This document shows positions 58,408 through 64,000 of a DNA stretch of 64,000 nt, piece after piece (positions within the stretch are counted from its first letter, which is position 1; the number at the start of each line of letters is the position of its first letter). This stretch comes from an uncultured Acidobacteriota bacterium (GTDB lineage Bacteria > Acidobacteriota > Thermoanaerobaculia > Gp7-AA8). The stretch covers positions 1,728,001 to 1,792,000 of the forward strand of contig CAWGHO010000002.1 of NCBI GenBank assembly GCA_963822445.1, in the 5' to 3' direction. The translations under genes were made by a program, and so were the position numbers. The notes under the pieces are model-generated. The model was not told the DNA's origin, did no database searches, and was given only the letters and a program-made list of their open reading frames with translations.

Positions 58408-59055
58408 GTGATTACCTTCGATCGCTTCGAGTTCGATCTCGAGCGCCGCGCTCTGCTCGACGGTGGTGTAGCAGTCCATCTCTCGCCGAAAGCCTTCACC
58501 CTCCTCGGGGTGCTCATCGACAACAGTCCGCGTGCGGTCTCGAAGAAGGCGCTGAGTGACGCGGTGTGGCCGCAGACCTTCGTCGAGGAGAGCAATCTCG
58601 CCAGTCTCGTCGCCGAAGTCCGCACAGCCCTCGGCGACGACGCGCGTCAACCCCGTTTCGTTCGCACGGTCCACGGGTTCGGTTACGCGTTCAGCGCCGA
58701 ACTGCAGAAGGCGGCGCCGCGGCAACGCGTGGCCGTGCTGCAGATCGGAAGCGAAGAGTTTCCGCTGTTCGAAGGCGAGAACATCCTCGGCCGCGATCCT
58801 TCCGCGCCGGTGCAGATCGATCACAACACGGTCTCGCGGCGGCACGCGTCGATCACGGTCAAGGGTGAAACGGCCCTGCTCGAGGATCTGTCGAGCAAGA
58901 ACGGGACGTTTCTGGCGGGGAACGAAGCGCGGATCGCGGGTCCCGTCACGCTCGAGGACGGCGACACCTTCGCGCTCGGCGACGTGCGGATCTCGTTCAG
59001 AAGACGAACGGGTCTGGGCTCGACGGTGACGATGGGCGGTGATCACGGCACGTAG
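58408..59055 (+). CDS. Winged-helix (OmpR C-terminal) plus FHA domain regulator
   Basis: LSPKAF.LL...VW....VEESNL...R.ALGD...TVHGFGY; LGR, VSRRHA, DLSSKNGT FHA motifs. Confidence 0.9.
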   Translation: MITFDRFEFDLERRALLDGGVAVHLSPKAFTLLGVLIDNSPRAVSKKALSDAVWPQTFVEESNLASLVAEVRTALGDDARQPRFVRTVHGFGYAFSAELQKAAPRQRVAVLQIGSEEFPLFEGENILGRDPSAPVQIDHNTVSRRHASITVKGETALLEDLSSKNGTFLAGNEARIAGPVTLEDGDTFALGDVRISFRRRTGLGSTVTMGGDHGT

Positions 59056-60665
59056 TACAGCCTCATTGACTTGCCGACGCGCCGGACCGGCTCGTAGCGC
59101 GTCAGCCATTCGATGCGATCGGGAAAGAAGCTGGCCGGCGTTTCGCCGATGGCGATCCAGCCGGAGACGGGATGATCGGGCAGCGGGTCGTGAGCGATGC
59201 CGTGATGCTGGAGCGCCGCCCCGGTCGAGTAACGGATCCAGACGCGCTCGATCTTCAACTCGCGCATGACCTTTTCGAGGCGGAGCACGTCCTGCCCCCA
59301 GTCGAGATTGCTGTCCGTGGCGATGCGCCACGGCTTTCCGTCCGCCGCTTCGTTGAACCAGGGCAGGTAATCGGGATGCTGCGTCGCGACACCGAGGAAG
59401 AGCCAGGCCAGGAGTGCGGTCATTCCGAGTTGCGCGAAAGGACCGCGCGCGCGCCGCCAGAGCTCGACGGTCGCGAATCCGGCGATGACCGCAAGCGAGG
59501 CGTACATCGGCAAGACGTGACGCACGCCGATGTTGATCGAGCCGGTCATGGCCACGAGGAGGATCACCATCGGAATCAATGCGTGCTCGATTCCGCGGCG
59601 CGCGCGGAAGGCGAGGAACGCGCCGACGAGCGTGAGGAGGAGAAACGGGATCGGCGTTTTGAAGAAGACGACCACCGGGAAGTAGTGCCACCAGCCCTTG
59701 GTGCCGGTCTGGCCGAGGAAGTTGGTGAAGTGGCCGTCCTTGTCGTGTTGCTTGAGGATGCCGATGCCGACCGGCAGCGCCGGCGCGGGGATGGGCACGT
59801 TGTCGGAGAAGGCCCGGACCGCGGCGCGCGCCGGCTCGGGCACCATCATCTGCACGAAGAAGGATGCGCCGGGGAAGACTTTCGAGATGGGGCGGAAATC
59901 GAATTGGTAGCCGGCCCAGGTGACGAGGAAGGCTACGAGAGCCACGGCGGGGAGCGGGCGTCCCGCCCGCACCGGCGGCGCATCGTGCGCCGCCGTAAGT
60001 ACCGCCGGGCGCGACGCCCGGCGGGTGCGCGCGAGACGCGCGCTCCCCAGCAGCACCAGCGCAGTCGCGGGAAAGAACACGAGAAATGAGAATTTCGCGA
60101 GGACGCCGGCGCCGATCGCGGCGCCGAGGAGTGCGCCGCGTTTGACCGTGGGCGATTCGAGAAAGCGATCGAGTGCCAGCAATGCCAGGGGCAAGGTCGC
60201 TGTCGCGGCCATGTCCGTGGTGATCACGCCGGCGTGGCCGAGGATGGGCGGGAGGTTCGTGAACAGCGCCGTGGCCCAGATTGCCGCGGCCTGACCGAAC
60301 GCGCGGCGGGCCTGTTCGGCGACGGCGAGAATCGCGACGATCAACAGCAATAGATTGCCGATGCGTGCGCGCGCGAGATTCTTCAGATAGCGATCGCCGT
60401 GATACAGCAGGAAGTGTCCGCGGGCCGTGTCGCCGCTGGCCGGCGGATCGGGGAGGCCGGCCATGCGCAATGGCAGCGCGCTGAGCACGCGCGCGAGCGG
60501 CGGATGTCCGAGATCGGTGTAGCTGCCGCTCAGCCACATCCAGCCCGCCGCGAGGTGCACCGGCTCGTCATTGGTCGCGTTGAGCTTGCGATGGGTCGAG
60601 GCGACGCGCACGACGGCGAGGAGCGTCAGCAGCGCGATCGCGGCGATGTAGATCGATCGCTTCAT
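59043..60665 (-). CDS. ArnT/PMT-like (GT-C) membrane glycosyltransferase (540 aa)
   Basis: ATG 60665; TNDEPVH, HPPL, TTD, KFS, GVRH, DSNLDWGQD. Confidence 0.85.
   Translation of the reverse strand: MKRSIYIAAIALLTLLAVVRVASTHRKLNATNDEPVHLAAGWMWLSGSYTDLGHPPLARVLSALPLRMAGLPDPPASGDTARGHFLLYHGDRYLKNLARARIGNLLLLIVAILAVAEQARRAFGQAAAIWATALFTNLPPILGHAGVITTDMAATATLPLALLALDRFLESPTVKRGALLGAAIGAGVLAKFSFLVFFPATALVLLGSARLARTRRASRPAVLTAAHDAPPVRAGRPLPAVALVAFLVTWAGYQFDFRPISKVFPGASFFVQMMVPEPARAAVRAFSDNVPIPAPALPVGIGILKQHDKDGHFTNFLGQTGTKGWWHYFPVVVFFKTPIPFLLLTLVGAFLAFRARRGIEHALIPMVILLVAMTGSINIGVRHVLPMYASLAVIAGFATVELWRRARGPFAQLGMTALLAWLFLGVATQHPDYLPWFNEAADGKPWRIATDSNLDWGQDVLRLEKVMRELKIERVWIRYSTGAALQHHGIAHDPLPDHPVSGWIAIGETPASFFPDRIEWLTRYEPVRRVGKSMRLYYVP
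59949..60048. repeat. Palindromic element in-frame within the GT-C gene
   Basis: ggggagcgggcgtcccgcccgcac ... gtgcgcgcgagacgcgcgctcccc arms enclosing two internal hairpins. Confidence 0.7.
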
Positions 60666-62260
60666 GGCACGTAGTAAAGACGGATCGACTTCCCGACCCG
60701 TTGGTACGGCCTCCCTCGCAGCCAGAGAAAGCCGCCGTCCGGGGCGATCATCCGGTACATGTGCTCGCTCACCGCGACCCATCCCTGCGCGGGCACCCAG
60801 GGCTCGATGTCGTAGGACGGCGGAAACCCGAGCTTGTCGAAATCGTGCAGGCCCGCGGCGAAGATCCCGATCTTGTCCACCTTCTTTTCCCGCAGGACCT
60901 CGCGCAGGCGGAGCATGTCCTGCCCCCAGTCGATAGTGCTGTCGACGAAGAGACGGCCCGGTTGCCGTCCGGCGAGCTCGTTGAAGTAGGGGAAGTAGTC
61001 GGGATGAGCGATGACCGACGCGCCGGTCTGCCACACCAGCAGGGCGATGGCGGCGATGCGCATGCGCCCGCCGCGCTCGAGCATGGCCATCGCGGCCGCG
61101 GCCGCGGCGATGGACATCGGGATGTAGATCGGCAGAACGTAGCGAATGCCGAGGTCGAATGCGGCGGGCATGGTGGTGATGAGGATGGCCACGGTCGCGG
61201 CGATGCCAATCGCGAAGACCCTTCCGCGCGCGACGAAGAAGCCGATCAGTATCAGGATCAGCGTCGCCAGCGTGGTCTTGAAGAGCGTGACCGTGGGGAA
61301 ATACCACCACCAGCCGTGCTCCGTTTTCCTGCCGAACGCGTAGGAGAGATGCCCGCGCGCTTCGAGGTTGGCCAGGCTGGCGATGCCCAGCGCGAAATGC
61401 GGCGCCGGTATCGGCGTCGTCGTGTCGAGCGACGACAGCAGCCGGGCGATTCCGGTTTCCGGCGCGGGCTTGTCCATCTTGTACGACTTCAGCGAGCCGT
61501 ACGTGAATCCGTAGGTTCCCCACAACGCGATGAGCGTGGTGATCACCGCCAGTGGCAATGCGACGAGGACGCGGCGCCAGGAGCGGCGCACTTCCGCATC
61601 GGAAACGAAGTGCACGAGATAAACGGCGACACAGGCCGCGGCGGCGAAGAGCACGTTCGAGAACTTCAGTCCGATCGACAGGCCGTAGGCCGCGCCGGCG
61701 ATCAGAGCTCGCGCCGCGGTCGGCTTTTCCATCCATCGCGAGAATGCGAGCAGGACCAGCGCGACCCCGGCCACGCAGGCCACGTCGAGATTGGCTATGC
61801 CGGTGTAGCCGAGGATCACCGGCTGGGTGGTGAAAAGCAGCGTGGTCATCGCGCCGCCCGCGCGGCCGAGCTCGCGCCGGGCCAGACGCCACGTTGCGAA
61901 TGCGGCGATGAGGAAGAACGCGACGTTGCCGATGCGCGCGAGAACCAGGCTGGTCTTGTAGTGGCCCGACGAGTAGAAGAGCCAGCGCATGGTCTCGATC
62001 CATTCGCGGTTGGTGTCGAACTTCGCGCCGCCGAGATGGAGCAGGGCGCCGAACACCAGGCGGGGCAGCGGCGGATTCTCGAGCTGCCACGTGTAGTTGC
62101 CGGTCTGCACGAGCTGGATTCCAGCGGTGACGTGCAGCGGCTCGTCGGTCGTCACCGAGAAGACGGTGAGCGTCGAAATGATCCGGAGGGCGGCCACCGC
62201 GATCAGCAGACACGACACGAGATCGGCGTGCGTCGCCAGCCACATTTCTGCCGGGCGCAT
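60662..62260 (-). CDS. ArnT/PMT-like (GT-C) membrane glycosyltransferase, paralog
   Basis: TTDEPLH, NPPL, KFS, GIRY, DSTIDWGQD; start uncertain (62260 or 62299). Confidence 0.85.
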   Translation of the reverse strand: MRPAEMWLATHADLVSCLLIAVAALRIISTLTVFSVTTDEPLHVTAGIQLVQTGNYTWQLENPPLPRLVFGALLHLGGAKFDTNREWIETMRWLFYSSGHYKTSLVLARIGNVAFFLIAAFATWRLARRELGRAGGAMTTLLFTTQPVILGYTGIANLDVACVAGVALVLLAFSRWMEKPTAARALIAGAAYGLSIGLKFSNVLFAAAACVAVYLVHFVSDAEVRRSWRRVLVALPLAVITTLIALWGTYGFTYGSLKSYKMDKPAPETGIARLLSSLDTTTPIPAPHFALGIASLANLEARGHLSYAFGRKTEHGWWWYFPTVTLFKTTLATLILILIGFFVARGRVFAIGIAATVAILITTMPAAFDLGIRYVLPIYIPMSIAAAAAAMAMLERGGRMRIAAIALLVWQTGASVIAHPDYFPYFNELAGRQPGRLFVDSTIDWGQDMLRLREVLREKKVDKIGIFAAGLHDFDKLGFPPSYDIEPWVPAQGWVAVSEHMYRMIAPDGGFLWLRGRPYQRVGKSIRLYYVP

Positions 62261-62297
62261 CTTTTGCCTGACTCTTTCGCCGAAGGAGAGCTGTTCC

Positions 62298-62597
62298 ATG
62301 CGTAAGCTGATTCTGGTCTTTCTTTGCGTGATCCTGGCGGCCGCGTGCAATCGCGACCGGGTCGAGAATACTGACACTGCCGGCACCGGTACGGCCACGG
62401 CGCCCGCGGTGGACGAGACGACCACGACCATGAGTGGCACCTCGGACACGGCCCCGATTCAGGCCGTCGGGACGACGGAAGTGACCCCGACCGACACGAG
62501 CTCCACCATCGTTACACCCACGACGACAACCGCCGGGATCACCTCGCCGACGGAAACCAGTTCCACCGTGGCCACGACGACCACCCGGAATCCGTAG
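62298..62597 (+). CDS. Thr-rich small lipoprotein
   Basis: AAGGAG ribosome-binding site; MRKLILVFLCVILAAA-C lipobox; low-complexity Thr/Ser mature part. Confidence 0.8.
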   Translation: MRKLILVFLCVILAAACNRDRVENTDTAGTGTATAPAVDETTTTMSGTSDTAPIQAVGTTEVTPTDTSSTIVTPTTTTAGITSPTETSSTVATTTTRNP

Positions 62598-62598
62598 C

Positions 62599-63069
62599 AT
62601 GCGCGTCGCCGCCGCGATTTTTCTTCTGATGCTGGCCGCCTGTGGCCGCGATGAAACGGTGAAGATGACCGAGAGCACTCCCTCGCAATCGACCACCGCT
62701 TCGAGCAAGCCGCAGGATCGCCCGCCCGAGCCGAATGCGCTCAATCCTGTCGTTCCCGTCGAGAGGGACGAGCCCTCGAGCAAGGTCAAGCCGGCGCTTG
62801 CGACGCAGGAGGTTCATCTCATCGAGTACGCGATCCACATGCCGGCCACGCTCAGCGCGGGCAAGGTCGCGTTCAACGTCGAGAACGGCGGCAAGGAAGA
62901 TCACGCGTTCGAGATCGAAGGCAACGGCATCGAAGAGAAGACGCAGATTCTGAAGCGCGGCAATAGCGAATCGCTGGAAATCGATCTGCGGCCGGGCACG
63001 TACACGGTGTACTGCCCGGTCAAGGATCACGCGAAGCGGGGCATGAAGACGACGATCACCGTGCGCTGA
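62599..63069 (+). CDS. Cupredoxin-domain lipoprotein
   Basis: LAA-C lipobox; H...YCPVKDHAKRGM type-1 copper ligand pattern. Confidence 0.85.
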   Translation: MRVAAAIFLLMLAACGRDETVKMTESTPSQSTTASSKPQDRPPEPNALNPVVPVERDEPSSKVKPALATQEVHLIEYAIHMPATLSAGKVAFNVENGGKEDHAFEIEGNGIEEKTQILKRGNSESLEIDLRPGTYTVYCPVKDHAKRGMKTTITVR

Positions 63070-64000
63070 CTACCAGTAGCCGTTTTCGGGCGCGAACATG
63101 ACCTCGTAAACCTTGCGCGCCCAGCTCCGCTTGCCGAACTCCACCCGCCCTTCCTGCTGCAACCATTCTTTGATGGGCAGCGTGAATCCGGTCTTCCGCC
63201 GCCCCCGAACCGCAACGGGTAAGGCAGGCCGCGGCGCGTTCGCGAGAATCTGCTTGCCCCGCTCGCGTCGCGTGACCAGCACCGGCGCGAGCTTGCGCAG
63301 CAGATGCGCGTCGACGAGCGGCACGCGCACCTCGAGGGAATGGGCCATCGACGCCCAGTCCATGTCCCGCAACAGCTGATTGCGCAGATAGAGCGAGGAC
63401 TCCAGCGCGGCGACGCGCGCGTACGGCGTCCCCGGATCGGGTGTGACCGCGCGCTCGATGATGCCGAGGATGTTCAGGCGCTCCAGACCTTCGCGAGCGA
63501 TGTCTTCGCCGAGGACGGAGGGCAGCTCGGTGGTGAGAAAGCGGCCGCGCTTCACGAGATACGCACCGGCGTACGAGCCGCCGTAGCGGACGATCTCCCC
63601 CATCTTCGGGCTGATGTGACGGCTGCGCTTCGCGAGGAACGCGTTCAGGCGATGCACGCCCGCGCCGAGGCCGGGGATGCGCGAGAGCGGCGCGGTGATG
63701 GGCATCCAGCGGGGGATGTCGCGGAAGGAGGTGTAGCCGCCGAACAACTCGTCGCCGCCGGTGCCGGACAGCGCGACTTTCAGCCCGAGCTCCGCCGCGG
63801 CCTTGCTGATGAAGTAGCTGTTGAGGCCATCGACGGTCGGCTGATCCATGGCCGCGAAGATGCGGGGGAGCTCGGCGCGGAAAACGTCGCGGCTCAGATC
63901 GCGAATGGTGTGGCGGACGTCGTATTGCCGCGCGACGAGCGACGCCAGCGGGGCCTCGTCGTTGTCGCGTCCGCGGTACTCCTCGAAGCGCAGGGTCATG
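63070..64000 (-). CDS. asnB: Asparagine synthase (glutamine-hydrolysing) family amidotransferase, C-terminal part
   Basis: LSGTGGDELFGGY, LLRDMDWASMAHSLEVRVPLVD, KTGF; the 5' end lies beyond the window. Confidence 0.88.
   Translation of the reverse strand, partial: MTLRFEEYRGRDNDEAPLASLVARQYDVRHTIRDLSRDVFRAELPRIFAAMDQPTVDGLNSYFISKAAAELGLKVALSGTGGDELFGGYTSFRDIPRWMPITAPLSRIPGLGAGVHRLNAFLAKRSRHISPKMGEIVRYGGSYAGAYLVKRGRFLTTELPSVLGEDIAREGLERLNILGIIERAVTPDPGTPYARVAALESSLYLRNQLLRDMDWASMAHSLEVRVPLVDAHLLRKLAPVLVTRRERGKQILANAPRPALPVAVRGRRKTGFTLPIKEWLQQEGRVEFGKRSWARKVYEVMFAPENGYW

Noticed and set aside
59043-62789. 1248-aa ORF
   Set aside because: Only 59043-60665 is protein-like; the rest is an alternative frame of the neighbouring GT gene and antisense to the lipoproteins

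Overview
GC-rich bacterial chromosomal window, most likely Acidobacteriota (GWxTD, VWA-related and IPTL-CTERM families; this taxonomic call is inference). Core regions: rplU-rpmA-obgE-nadD-rsfS-(sigma54 activator)-rlmH-dksA-holA, MFS-pxpA, tRNA-Asn, tRNA-Cys, rlmN, thpR, aspA with two-subunit fumarase, clpB, an ABC-exporter/Ser-Thr kinase/FHA block, two membrane glycosyltransferases and a partial asnB. The main candidate novel system is a ~21.5 kb accessory block after tRNA-Asn (15179-36656). It holds a translationally coupled operon with two giant (1192 and 2309 aa) Lys-poor, Ser-Pro-studded, beta-rich proteins without signal peptides, several small paralogous beta proteins, a four-domain Maf-like/GT-B/GT2/methyltransferase fusion, a double-GT2 enzyme, a secreted protein and an ECF sigma factor. 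Three transcription units in the block share the same bipartite motif (CGTCAGAAA-N14-GCTC[C/A]TT), which looks like the ECF promoter. Working model (inference): a self-activating ECF regulon that builds a large, O-glycosylated protein assembly. Other notable items: an internally deleted 33-codon paralog revealing an A-B tandem duplication, palindromic repeats inserted in-frame in two genes, a HAIR-like operator at clpB, and two frameshifted genes. All calls were made by eye; no database search was run.
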